A stretch of 64,000 bases of DNA from assembly GCA_021805735.1 (NCBI GenBank), contig JAJZEE010000002.1, forward strand, positions 284 through 64,283, in the 5' to 3' direction. The DNA comes from Bacillota bacterium. Its GTDB lineage: Bacteria > Bacillota > Bacilli > Alicyclobacillales > SLC66. How positions within the stretch are numbered: position 1 is the first letter of the stretch; each line of letters starts with the position of its first letter. Positions 28,045 to 38,600 of the stretch are shown here, piece by piece. Made by a program: the position numbers and the translations under genes. The notes beneath the pieces are model-generated. The model saw only the letters and a program-made list of their open reading frames with translations, was not told the DNA's origin and made no database searches.

Positions 28045-28479
28045 TTGCTGGATCTGGCGCTGGCGGGCAAGATCTCGCGGCCGCGACTGCTCAGCGAACT
28101 GGAAGCGCTGGTGCGCGACCGGGCCGCCGTGGAAATCCGCTCCAAGCATCTCACCGCGTCCAAGGCAGCCGTGCTGGAGAAAAAAGTGGACGCGTCGTTG
28201 CCGGTGTGGATGGCAGATCCGAATCTCAGCCGTCATCGCACTACGGCGCTTTCTGGAGGGCTTCTCAAAGAGGTGGCGAAGCTGACCCGCCTGAGCGCCA
28301 AGGGAGTGAAGTCCAAATTGCGCGGCGGTGAATCCATTGTCAGAATGGCGGCTGCCGCGCATGTCAGTGAACCAGTACTCGTGAAGGATCTCATGGCTTA
28401 TCGGACTGCGCATGAAAAACATACAGTCAGTGCGCAAATCCTCCGGAAAGAAGTCGTTCATCTGGTCAACAAACGTTGA
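28045..28479 (+). CDS. Hypothetical helical protein
   Basis: 144 aa with a TTG start. Its composition looks more protein-like than the fully overlapping minus-strand ORF 28015-28482. No family recognised. Confidence 0.3.
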   Translation: MLDLALAGKISRPRLLSELEALVRDRAAVEIRSKHLTASKAAVLEKKVDASLPVWMADPNLSRHRTTALSGGLLKEVAKLTRLSAKGVKSKLRGGESIVRMAAAAHVSEPVLVKDLMAYRTAHEKHTVSAQILRKEVVHLVNKR

Positions 28480-28632
28480 CAAAGATGCGGTGACGCAGGC
28501 TGCGGAGTTTTTCGGAATAGTTCTTCATATAGGAATAACCCTTCATAAACAGAAGGGTTATTCCTTATTCTCAACATGCGCATATAATTTGTGTATGTCT
28601 AAGGGCTTCGCGATGGAACGGGAGGTGCGTGA

Positions 28633-28950
28633 ATGAGAAGGGTCGTTTTTAAAATATTGATGATCGCGCAGATGCTTCTTTTGTTTGTGGCCGCTATTTT
28701 TATGTATGGTGTGCGGGAGGTAGTTCCGCCGATACTGACCGACCATGCGACATCTTTGATCTTCCTGATTCTGTGCGCGGTCCTTGGGTATGTGGGCTGG
28801 TCCGGGCGGAGGATGGGTCTGTACGCGTATACTGGTTTGATGATTGTGCTGACCGTCCTCCAGCCCGTCCCAACCTACATGTTACTGGGCGTCCTGGCCC
28901 TTGTGTCTATAATTGTAGCGCCAAAGTTGAAACATGGGAATGCGAGTTAG
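28633..28950 (+). CDS. Small three-TM membrane protein (hypothetical)
   Basis: 105 aa with clear hydrophobic periodicity. Its 3' end overlaps the convergent RND gene by 69 nt. Confidence 0.4.
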   Translation: MRRVVFKILMIAQMLLLFVAAIFMYGVREVVPPILTDHATSLIFLILCAVLGYVGWSGRRMGLYAYTGLMIVLTVLQPVPTYMLLGVLALVSIIVAPKLKHGNAS

Positions 28951-31900
28951 GGAGTTCTTCATCTGAACCAGTTTCAGATAGACCACAGGCAGTACAATCA
29001 GTGTCAGCAGCGTGCCGCTCAGCATGCCGCCAATAAGCACAACGGCCATGGGCATGCGTTCCGAAACTCCCGCGCCGAGCGGTAAAGCGAGCGGAAGCAT
29101 GGCGAGCGTGATCGTTCCCGTAGTCATGAGGATCGGTCGCAGGCGCGTACGACCAGCTTCAACCAGCGCTTCCGTCATGTCAATATCACGCTCGCGCGCG
29201 GCGCGCTTTGCGTAGTCGATCAGCAGGATCGCGTTTTTTGCCACCAGTCCGGTCAACATGATGATGGCGATGAATGCGTACAGACTCAGAGGAACTCCGG
29301 TGATCAATAGTCCCAAAAGCGATCCGGTCAGAGCGAGCGGCAGTGTGATGATCACCGTCAGCGGATCCAAAAAACTCTCATAGAGCGCCGCGAGCAACAT
29401 GTAAATCAACAGGATGGAGAGCTTGAGCGCACTTGAGAGCGGTCCGAAGGCGCGTGACTTCTGTTGAATCGCGCCATTGAACTGGTAGGAGAAGCCGGCT
29501 GGCACGGACATTTTGGCCAGGGCCGTCTGGGTGTCCTGCGCGATCACTCCCAGTGGTTGTCCGCCAGTATTTGCCGTGACCTGTACCGACAACTCGCGGT
29601 TGTACTCCTGCTCTTTGGCTGGAGACGCGGCGAGCGATAGGGCGGCCACCTGGCCGAGGGTGACAGGCGCGCCTCCGGAGGTCGCGATGGGCAGATTCAG
29701 CAGCTGTTGCAAAGAGAGTTCCTGACCGCCAACGGCCGACGCTGGCTGGGCGGACTGCGTCGGCTGGGCGGACTGCGTTGACGGCAAGGATGGCGCGGCC
29801 GGTATGGACGCCGCGGGCTGCGTTGACACCTGCAAAACGATGGGTTCGGAGACCGTGTTTGGATTGGGTCGATATTGCGATGCGGTACTGCCCTGAAGCA
29901 TGGAATGAATGGCCGTTCCGACTGCGCGTCCGCTGAGCGAGTAGGCCGCGACCGCCTGCGGATTGACCTGCAGGGACACAGTCGGTTGCGTGCTTTGCGC
30001 GGTGCTGAATGGGTTCGTGATGCCTGGAATCTTCTGCAATGCAAGGATGACTTGGTCAGACAGTGTCTGCAGCGTGCTCATGGACGGACCGCGCAACACG
30101 ACGGACAGCGATCCACCGGCCCCGCCGCCGCCGCTCAGCAGCGCGTTGGGAGCGCTGGTCTGGATCTTGAGGCCGGGGATCTGCTGGGCGATATTGTCCA
30201 CCAGAGACGCAAGTACAGCGGCCGTCAGCGCTGCGTGAGAACTCAGATCGACGGTCAGGCGGCCGATATTTTGCGCCGTCAGGGATCCGTTGCCAAAACC
30301 GGTCGTCGAGAAGACATCGTTCACGCCGGGAATGCGCTGGATTCGCGCGGCCAAAGCGTCAACCGCCGAACTTGTCGTATTGATGCTGGCGCCCACCGGC
30401 ATCTGGGCGTTTACAAACAGCACAGAAGAATTTTGCTTGGGCGTATAGGTGGTGGGAACCCATCCTGCGCGCACCGCAGTCAGATCAAAGGCGACGGCTG
30501 CCAGGACCACCGCCCCGATCACCAGGGTGTTTCGCAAAGCATATCGAAGCGTACGTTCGTAGGTATCGCGCAATCGTTCGAAGCGGGCGTTCCACCACAG
30601 GGAGAAGCGACCCGCCCGTTCGAAAACGCTTCTCTTCCAGACGAAATGGGCGGCGAGCAGGGGAGTGAGCGTAAATGAGACGAACAGGGAAAACAGCGAT
30701 GCGAATACAATGGTGAGGCCAAATTCGCGAAACAGTTGGCCAATGTTGCCTTGCATGAAGGCCACAGGAGCATAGACCACGACATCCGTGAGAGTGATGG
30801 CGACCGCCGCTCCCGCGATCTCCATGCGACCCTGATACGCCGCGTCCGCGGGAGCAAGGCCGCCGGACCGCCGCCGTTCGATGCTTTCCAGGACGACGAT
30901 CGCGTCGTCGACAAGGATGCCGATCAGCAGACCGAGCGCCAGCAGGCTGATCATGTCGATCGAAAAGCCGACGGCGTACATGGCGAGAAACGTGGCGCAG
31001 AGTGTCGTCGGAATGGTGAGCAGCACGACGAAAGTCATGCGCAGACGATGCAGCCAGATCAGTATCATGATGCCCGCCGCCAGGACCCCCAAAAAGAGAT
31101 CGCCCTGCGTGGCGGTCATCGCCTGGCGCGTGTAGGCCGTGACGTCGCCCGTGATGACGAGGTGGGCGCTCTGTGGCAGGGAACTCTGCAACCGGGCGAT
31201 TGCGGTGCGCACGTTCTGCGCGGTTTGCAGTGTGTTGGCGTTTGACTGCACGCTGATCACAAAACCGATCGCTGTCTTGCCATTCAGGTGGCTGAGCGTG
31301 GTGACAGGAGGATAGCCCTGGACAATCGCGCCGAGGTCCGCAAGCGGGATCATTCGGCCATGTGCGGTGACCTCCATCTGTCCGAGTTGGGCAAGGCTAC
31401 CCGCCTGACCCGTCACCTGCACCGGATTCGTCTGGCTGCCCTGCTGCACGGCGCCGCCCGGAGTTGCGCTGTTTTGCGTTGCGATTGCAGATTTCACCTG
31501 CGCCAGCGTGAGACCGTACTGCTCCAGGCTGGCGGCCTGCAGGGTGACATTCACCTGCAGGGGGCGACCGCCGATCATGTTCACTGCGGCTACGCCAGGT
31601 ACGGTCGACAGCGCGGGAGCGACCGTCTGACTGGCGAGGTTGTACATGGTGGATTGATTCTGCGATCCGTAGAGGGCGACGCTCATGACGGGCAATGCAT
31701 TTGGATCCGCCTTCAGGATGACGGGCGGCAATGATCCTGCGGGCAGGGATGCGGCCATCTGATTGACGACATTGGCGACCTGGACAGCTTCCTGATTGAC
31801 ATCCGTGCCGCCTGGGAAACGAAGCCCGATGCGTCCGTTGCCCGTGCGGGCGGTGCCCGTCATGGTCACGATGCCGCCCACTTTGGTCAGGGCGTTCTCC

Positions 31901-32100
31901 ACAGGATCGAGCAGTTGCGCGCGAATCGTGCTCGGTCCTGCGCCTGGGTCAGACAGAACGACGGTGATATGGGGGAAATTGACGCTCGGCAATCGCCTGA
32001 CCGGCAATTGAACATAAGCGGCGACGCCCAGTATCACGATGGCCAGCAGGAACATGAGCATGGCGATAGGGCGACGGATGGCCAAGCGCGTTACATTCAT
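28882..32100 (-). CDS. RND-family efflux transporter (AcrB/HAE-like), paralogue 2
   Basis: Start set at ATG 32100 (MNVTRLAIRRPIAM), which forms an ATGA overlap with the upstream RND stop and follows GGGGGGAG. 12-TM RND layout with conserved GILVDDAIVVLE. Confidence 0.9.
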   Translation of the reverse strand: MNVTRLAIRRPIAMLMFLLAIVILGVAAYVQLPVRRLPSVNFPHITVVLSDPGAGPSTIRAQLLDPVENALTKVGGIVTMTGTARTGNGRIGLRFPGGTDVNQEAVQVANVVNQMAASLPAGSLPPVILKADPNALPVMSVALYGSQNQSTMYNLASQTVAPALSTVPGVAAVNMIGGRPLQVNVTLQAASLEQYGLTLAQVKSAIATQNSATPGGAVQQGSQTNPVQVTGQAGSLAQLGQMEVTAHGRMIPLADLGAIVQGYPPVTTLSHLNGKTAIGFVISVQSNANTLQTAQNVRTAIARLQSSLPQSAHLVITGDVTAYTRQAMTATQGDLFLGVLAAGIMILIWLHRLRMTFVVLLTIPTTLCATFLAMYAVGFSIDMISLLALGLLIGILVDDAIVVLESIERRRSGGLAPADAAYQGRMEIAGAAVAITLTDVVVYAPVAFMQGNIGQLFREFGLTIVFASLFSLFVSFTLTPLLAAHFVWKRSVFERAGRFSLWWNARFERLRDTYERTLRYALRNTLVIGAVVLAAVAFDLTAVRAGWVPTTYTPKQNSSVLFVNAQMPVGASINTTSSAVDALAARIQRIPGVNDVFSTTGFGNGSLTAQNIGRLTVDLSSHAALTAAVLASLVDNIAQQIPGLKIQTSAPNALLSGGGGAGGSLSVVLRGPSMSTLQTLSDQVILALQKIPGITNPFSTAQSTQPTVSLQVNPQAVAAYSLSGRAVGTAIHSMLQGSTASQYRPNPNTVSEPIVLQVSTQPAASIPAAPSLPSTQSAQPTQSAQPASAVGGQELSLQQLLNLPIATSGGAPVTLGQVAALSLAASPAKEQEYNRELSVQVTANTGGQPLGVIAQDTQTALAKMSVPAGFSYQFNGAIQQKSRAFGPLSSALKLSILLIYMLLAALYESFLDPLTVIITLPLALTGSLLGLLITGVPLSLYAFIAIIMLTGLVAKNAILLIDYAKRAARERDIDMTEALVEAGRTRLRPILMTTGTITLAMLPLALPLGAGVSERMPMAVVLIGGMLSGTLLTLIVLPVVYLKLVQMKNSLTRIPMFQLWRYNYRHKGQDAQ

Positions 32101-35100
32101 GGCGCTCCCCCCTGCGTGGCCGACGGCGTCGGTCCGGGAACCGTTCTGTGAATGCGGCGGAACTGGGGGAGCCACTGGCGAAAATCGTCCATATACGTGT
32201 ACAGCACGGGAACGACGACCAGCGTCAGCAGGGTCGATGTGGTGAGACCGCCGATCAGGACCACGGCGATGGGAATGCGATCCGAGGAACCGATCCCCGT
32301 ACGAAGCGCCAGCGGGATCATGGAGAACACCATGGTTGCGGTGGTCATCACGATGGGGCGCAATCGGGTCTTGCCCGCCAGGACGAGCGCCTCGCTGCGC
32401 GGCATGCCCCTGCGGACCAGTTGCCCAGTATAGTCTACGAGCAGAATCGCGTTCTTGGCCACGAGGCCCATGAGCATGATCATGGCCATGAAGGAGAAGA
32501 TGTTGAGCGTTTGACCGCTGACCAGAAGTCCCAAGAAGGCGCCCACGGTGGCCATCGGCAGTGAAAACAGCACGACCAGCGGCATGACGAGAGATTCATA
32601 GAGCGCTGCCATGAGCATGTACACAAGGGCGACAGACAGGATGAACGCCTGCAGCAGCGGGCCAAACGCCTGGGTCTGCTGCGCGATCTCGCCGCCCAGC
32701 GAGATGCTGTAGCCGGGGGGCAGAGAGAGACCGGCCACCGCCGCCTGCACCTGTTGCGCTACCATGCCGAGCGCTGGATTGGTGGTGCCCGCGGTGACGA
32801 CCGCCGTCAATTGGCGATTCGCTTCATTAAGCGACACGGGGCCGGGCACGAGCGATACGGTCGCCACCTCGCCCAACGTGATCATCTGCGTTCCGCGACG
32901 GGCAATCGGGATATCCGTCATTTGGGCGGGAGACAGATGACTGCCGTGATTCAGGCTGACCATGATGTTGGTCTGCACGCCGCCTCCGGGAGACTGCAGG
33001 GTGGAGGCGACCGCGCCGCCTATGGCTGTCTGCGCTGCCTGACCCACCATCAGGGCGCTTACGCCCAACTGCGCGGCGGCCAGATTGTTCACATGAATAA
33101 GCCAGATGGGCAGATTGGCAGCTGTCTGGTTCTGGATATTTGTCAATGTGGGAACCTGCGAGAGCGCGCTCTGCACCCTGACGGCCAGCGCCTGCAGCAC
33201 GGCGGTGCTCGGACCGCTCACGCTCACGCTGATCGGCTCGCTGCCGCTGACGACCAGCGGGTTCGGCACCTCAGTCTGAATCTGCAATCCGGGAATGGTA
33301 TGCGCGATCGCGCTGACGCGCGCCAACAGAGGTTGCAGCGGCGGAAGCGGAGCGGACTGATAGCCACTTAGGGAGATCCCGTTCTGCGGGAACAACCCCT
33401 TTCTCCGCCCCTTTTTGCCGCCTCCCTTGGCGCCCGCTGCGTTACGGCCGTTGCCCTTGCCGCCGTGGCCTTTGCGTCTTCCCTTTGCGACCGTGCCCGC
33501 GCTGCTCGTCAGACCCTTGTCGCTGCGCACCACAGTCAGGACGGCCACGTTGGTTGCCGTGATGCCTGTGAGCGAATTTCCGGCCGTCGCAAAGACAGCC
33601 TGCATGGCGGGCAATCTTTTTACCTTTGCGGAAAACACGCGCATGGCGGCGTCGGTTGTTTGCAGCGATGTGCCCGTCGGCATTTGCGCGTCGATGCGAA
33701 AGACCTGCGGATTCTCCTGCGGCACAAATGCGGTGCCGACCCATCCAAAGGGTATGAAGCAGGCGCTGAGCGCCAGGGCCGACAGACCGATGGCAATCAC
33801 GCGCAAGCGGCGGCGCAACGCCAGTCGAATCAGGCGCTCATAGCGTCCTTGCAGCGAACTCACCAGTCGGCGCCATGCAGGGAAGCGCGATCGGCGCAGT
33901 CTGGCGATCGTCGCCCGCGTCTTCCCTGCAGGCAGGAACGCGCCGCTCTCCGGATCATGATCCGCGAACTGATCTTTGGCGTGTTTTATTCGCAACCAAC
34001 GGGAGGCGAGCATAGGCGTCAGTGTAAATGACACAAATAGCGAGAATAGGGTCGCCGCCACGATCGTCACGCCAAATTCGCGAAACAATTGCCCGACCGT
34101 GCCGTGGACGAAGACGATCGGTACGTACACGACCACATCCGTCAGTGTGATGGCGACCGCAGCGGCGCCGATCTCCATGCGGCCGCGAATGGCGGCCGTT
34201 TTGGGGTCGGCGCCAAGCGTCAGATGGCGGTCGATGTTCTCCAGAACGACGATCGAGTCGTCGACCAGGATACCGATGAGCAGTGACAGGGCAAGCATGC
34301 TCATGAGATCAAGCGAAAAACCAAATGCGTACATCACCGTAAAGGTTGCGATGAGGCTGGCTGGAATCGCGCACAGGACGATAATCGTATGGCTCAGCCG
34401 ACGCAGGAACAGATAGAGGACTGCTGAGGCAAGCACAACGGCGAGTACCAGGTCGCGCAAGACCGCGCTGAGCGCCGCGCGGGTATACACGGTGGTGTCA
34501 GCGATCACGTTCAGGGCTGCTCCAGGAGGAAGGGTCTTTTTCAGCGTCTGCAGTACGTTCAGTACGCCAGATTCCACGCTCAGGCTGTCGGCGTTGCTCT
34601 GTGCGTCAATCGAGAGTCCGATCGCCTTTTTTCCGTTGATCCGGTTGATTGTGACTGGCGTCGCATATCCCTGCGTGATACGGGCAATTTGGCCGAGCGT
34701 GATGGATCGAGTTTGCGCAATGGCGCCCGCTGTACCGCCTCCTGACCCGACGGATGTGGCTGCACCACCCGCACCGACGCCGGCGCTCGTGCCTGCGGCA
34801 GAAGCGGGCGCGCCGCCAGCGCCCGCGGCAGCGCCAGAAGCAGCCGCGCCGCCGCGTGGAGCGGTTGCGGTAATAATGACGTTGCCCAGGCTCTGAAGGG
34901 ACGTGTAGGGAGAATTGGTGCTGACCGTGTAAGTCTGTGACCCGTTATTGATCGCCCCGCTCGGCACACTGGCATTTTGCGCCGCCAAGGCCTGGCGAAT
35001 CTGGGGGAGAGTCACGCCATAGGCGAGCAGCGCAGACTCATGCACCTGCACATTGACCTGGGGAATCAGACCTCCCTGCAGATTGACACTCCCTACGCCT

Positions 35101-35603
35101 GGAACGCTCTCGATCGCGGGAACGATCGTGTCTTGCGCCAGGGTATAGAGTTGGGTCTGGCTGAGTTTCCCGGACAGTGACAGATTGAGGATCGGCATGG
35201 TCGCCGGATTGGTCTCGGTGATACTGGGCAGGCTTGCTGTGGACGGCAGTTTGCGGGCCACAGAGTGCAGCGCTTGGGCCACGTCGTTGGCCGCAGTGCC
35301 GAGACTGATGCCGGAAGCCAGTTGTATGGTGATCTCTGACACGCCCTGCATGGAGACAGATGTCATGGATGTGACGCCATTGACAGAGGTCAGGGCGTTC
35401 TCCATCGGGTCTGTAATACTCAGTCTCACATCCTGGGGATCGGCGCCAGGATCGTCGACCGTCACCTGAAGATACGGATAGCGGACGTTGGGCAATTCTC
35501 GCACTGGCAAAAGCCCGTATGAGATCGCTCCCATCACCACCAGACCCAGGACGATCATCAGTATGGTGATCGGCCGCCGGACTGCGATCTCAGTGATGTT
35601 CAC
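32097..35603 (-). CDS. RND-family efflux transporter, paralogue 1, with low-complexity loop insertions
   Basis: 1168 aa. Contains MNITEIAVRRPITILM and GILVDDSIVVLE. A GTGA overlap joins it to the MFP stop. There is a Gly/Ala-rich insert (nt about 34716-34865) and a Lys/Gly/Arg-rich insert (nt about 33373-33495). Confidence 0.9.
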   Translation of the reverse strand: MNITEIAVRRPITILMIVLGLVVMGAISYGLLPVRELPNVRYPYLQVTVDDPGADPQDVRLSITDPMENALTSVNGVTSMTSVSMQGVSEITIQLASGISLGTAANDVAQALHSVARKLPSTASLPSITETNPATMPILNLSLSGKLSQTQLYTLAQDTIVPAIESVPGVGSVNLQGGLIPQVNVQVHESALLAYGVTLPQIRQALAAQNASVPSGAINNGSQTYTVSTNSPYTSLQSLGNVIITATAPRGGAAASGAAAGAGGAPASAAGTSAGVGAGGAATSVGSGGGTAGAIAQTRSITLGQIARITQGYATPVTINRINGKKAIGLSIDAQSNADSLSVESGVLNVLQTLKKTLPPGAALNVIADTTVYTRAALSAVLRDLVLAVVLASAVLYLFLRRLSHTIIVLCAIPASLIATFTVMYAFGFSLDLMSMLALSLLIGILVDDSIVVLENIDRHLTLGADPKTAAIRGRMEIGAAAVAITLTDVVVYVPIVFVHGTVGQLFREFGVTIVAATLFSLFVSFTLTPMLASRWLRIKHAKDQFADHDPESGAFLPAGKTRATIARLRRSRFPAWRRLVSSLQGRYERLIRLALRRRLRVIAIGLSALALSACFIPFGWVGTAFVPQENPQVFRIDAQMPTGTSLQTTDAAMRVFSAKVKRLPAMQAVFATAGNSLTGITATNVAVLTVVRSDKGLTSSAGTVAKGRRKGHGGKGNGRNAAGAKGGGKKGRRKGLFPQNGISLSGYQSAPLPPLQPLLARVSAIAHTIPGLQIQTEVPNPLVVSGSEPISVSVSGPSTAVLQALAVRVQSALSQVPTLTNIQNQTAANLPIWLIHVNNLAAAQLGVSALMVGQAAQTAIGGAVASTLQSPGGGVQTNIMVSLNHGSHLSPAQMTDIPIARRGTQMITLGEVATVSLVPGPVSLNEANRQLTAVVTAGTTNPALGMVAQQVQAAVAGLSLPPGYSISLGGEIAQQTQAFGPLLQAFILSVALVYMLMAALYESLVMPLVVLFSLPMATVGAFLGLLVSGQTLNIFSFMAMIMLMGLVAKNAILLVDYTGQLVRRGMPRSEALVLAGKTRLRPIVMTTATMVFSMIPLALRTGIGSSDRIPIAVVLIGGLTTSTLLTLVVVPVLYTYMDDFRQWLPQFRRIHRTVPGPTPSATQGGAP

Positions 35604-38600
35604 GTCGCGCTCCCTCCACTCGCGCCGCTTGTGGCGGTCGAAGCTTTACTCGACGCAGGTGCCTGCTGAGCGAGCTTGCGCTTACGCGCGCCTTTTTTGT
35701 GCTTGCGGACGCCTTTATGATGTTTGTGAGCGCCTCTTTTTTTCTTGTGAGCGCCTTTGCCATGCTTGTGCCCATGTTTGCCTTTCACCTTATGTGAAGA
35801 GCTTCCCTGATGAGAGGCGGTTCCCGTCGAAGCGGCAGTCAAAGCCCTGCCGGAGTTTTGCGTCGTCGAAGCGCCGGATGATGTGTCCACTGTATTTTTC
35901 GTACTTGAACCGGTCACTCCCTGATTGCCAGAAGAGGCGCCAGGGCTGCTTCCGGTTTTGCGGTGCCGCCGTTTTGACGCGGCGGCCGACGTCAATCGAG
36001 AAATGGCGTTGGCGACAGTGACTCGGTCACCAGGGGCGAGAAATGTCTGCCCGAGTGTCACCACCTTATCTCCTGCAGAAACACCGGAACTGATCTGCGT
36101 CCAGGAACCCTGTGTGGCGCCAGTGACGACGTCTTTCAGGAGCGCGCGCCCGTTTTGCGCCTCGAATACCTGTGGCGTTCCCGACTGAGTGACGATGGCG
36201 GCAGTCGGTATGAGCACAGCGTGCGTGTCGGAGCTTGTGATCACTTGCATGTACGCTGTTTCGCCTGCCGCCAGCCCGGTGATCTTCCGTCTGGGGATGA
36301 CTGACACAGTGAAAGCGAGCGTCTGTGGATTGGCTGTTGGCGATACCGATACGACCGTGCCGGGGAATGACTGGTTCGCATCAAATGGCAATGTGAACTG
36401 GACTGAATCTCCGGCGCGCACTTGGTTGATATCTTGCTGACTCATATTGGCCTGGATCTCCAGACGGTTTCCGACCATAGAAATCACGGTCTTTTGCGCG
36501 GCCACAGAATCACCCTGCACACTGTTCACTGCCGTGACAACGCCGTTAAATGGCGCGCGGATCACCGTATTAGTGAGCGCTTCCTGGGCTAAGGTGAGCT
36601 TGCCCTGGGCCACGGCAACGGCGCCTCGTAAAGACTGCAGCGTGCCGCTGTTATAAGGATGCAGGAGCAATTGAACTTTGCTTTGAGCGGCCGCGATCGC
36701 TGTTTTTGCCTCAGCGACAACGACTGACTGGGGTGGAGCGTTCAGCGCGGACAGGGCGCCACGGCTCGCCGAAAGCGCGCTTTCTGCCTTGATCAATCCG
36801 GCCTGCATTCGCTGCACAGCGGAGATGTCATTGGCCTTCGCTACCGCAACAGCCTGCTCTGCTGTGCGCAAAGCCTGTGCATACTGCGCCTTCGCAGTGG
36901 CCAGAGTGGCGTTGGCCGTTTGCACCGCCTGCTGTTCCTGAGAACGCAGTAGCACCAATTTGCCTTGGTTGGCAGCGTCCAGTTCCTGTGCCAATGCGGA
37001 TGCCGTACTCACCTGATTCTCTGCCTGGCTGATTGCGTCCGTCCAACTGGCCTGATCGAAGGCTAACTTGTTTTGTGCGGTTACCTCCGCTTCCTGCGCG
37101 GTGCTGAGTTGATCTTGCAGGGTTGTCACAGCCGTCTGAATTTCCGTCTGAGCAACGGCCTCGGCCTGATTGAACTGATTCTGCGCCTGCATAATGGCTG
37201 CGCTCCATGCTGCCTGGTCCACAGCCACTTTCGCCTGCGCCTGCGCTACGGCGTTTTGCGCGGCGGCAACTTGCGACTGCAGGGAAGACAGAGTGCCGGA
37301 TGCTTGTTGCTGGGCGGCGGCCTCAGCGATTGTCAACTGATTCTGCGCGTTTTGGATGTCGGTGTTCCAGGTTGCCTGATCTTCAGCGAGCTTAGCCTGG
37401 TCCTGGGAGATGGCGGCTTGTGTTGCGCTGATTTGACTCTCGAGACTCGCAATAGTCGCGGCATCTGGAGATGGGTTGCTCTCGGCCTGCTGAAGTTGCG
37501 TCTGCAAAGACGCCAAAGTCGACTGCGCTGCAGCGAGCGCGGACTGATCGTTTGCCACTGCAACGCCTTGCGGGCTGGCGTTATTTTCAACGGCTGACAC
37601 GTTGCTCTCCGCGACACTGACTTGCGCCAGGGTTGAACCGTTGGCGGGGGGTTGCTGCACCTGGAACTGCAGCGCCGCCAGATTGGCCTGTGCGGTTGTG
37701 AGCGACTGTTCATCATTGTTCACGGCAGTACCCTGCGGGCTGGTGGGGCTTTGTACGTACGTCACGTTATTTTGCGCCACCTGGATCGCCTCTTTTGTAG
37801 TGGCGGTGACGGTAGCGCCAGCAGTGGCCTGCTGAAATTGCTGTTGCAGCGACAGGACATTCTGTTGCGCTTCTTTGAGCGCTGTTTGGTCATTGGCGAC
37901 TGTCGTACCAGGAGCGCTGCTGTTGGACTGTATAAGAGACAACGCGTTTTTGGCTGCCTGCAGGTTGGCGTTATTGGCGTTGACGGTCTGCTGCTGCGTG
38001 GTCACGGCAACGTTTTGAGGCGCGGCGCCAGATGTCAGGCTGTGCAAAGCCAGTGTTGCATTGTTGACAGCGAGGGCCAGCGGACTCCTGGCGGTTGAGA
38101 GGCTCCGGAGGGCGTCGCGCGCATCTCGCAAGGCAATAGCTTGCGGACCATGGGCGGAGCCAACCAAAACCGCCTGTTGCTTGAGTTGCGCGAGGGCGCT
38201 GGCATTGGCGGCGACCGCCGCGCGCGCTTGGGCGATCTTTGCGGGCAGAGGGCCAGCGTCAATGGCCCGCAATTTTTCTTGCGTCAGTGCGACCGCATCC
38301 CTGGCAATCGAGAGACTGACGGGATTCGCAGGCTGTTCTCCCTGCGACAATTTTCCTTCGGCTCCTGCCAGTGTTCCCTGTGCGATCTGCAACTGAGCCT
38401 GTTCGGACGCAGCGTTCAGTTGCGCCAGCACTTGACCCTGCGTCACTTTCTGGCCGACCGAAACATTGACGGACTGCAATACCCCGGTTACTCTGGAAGC
38501 TAGATTCACCATTTGCGGACTGACGACGTAGCCAGACAGCGGAACGGTTTGCTGGATAGTTCCCACTTTTGCGGTTGCTGTCTGAACGTACACGGACTTT

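Noticed and set aside
28015-28482. A 155-aa minus-strand ORF fully overlapping plus-strand ORF 28045-28479.
   Set aside because: Only one of the two can be real. The minus-strand product is Arg/His/Phe-rich and irregular, so the plus-strand ORF is reported instead, at low confidence.
29743-29778. An 18-bp tandem duplication, and other short tandem or periodic repeats inside the RND and MFP genes, considered as possible CRISPR or regulatory repeats.
   Set aside because: They are in-frame coding repeats (QSAQPT x2, Ala/Gln modules, and His/Lys tail codons). I found no repeat-spacer periodicity anywhere in the window.
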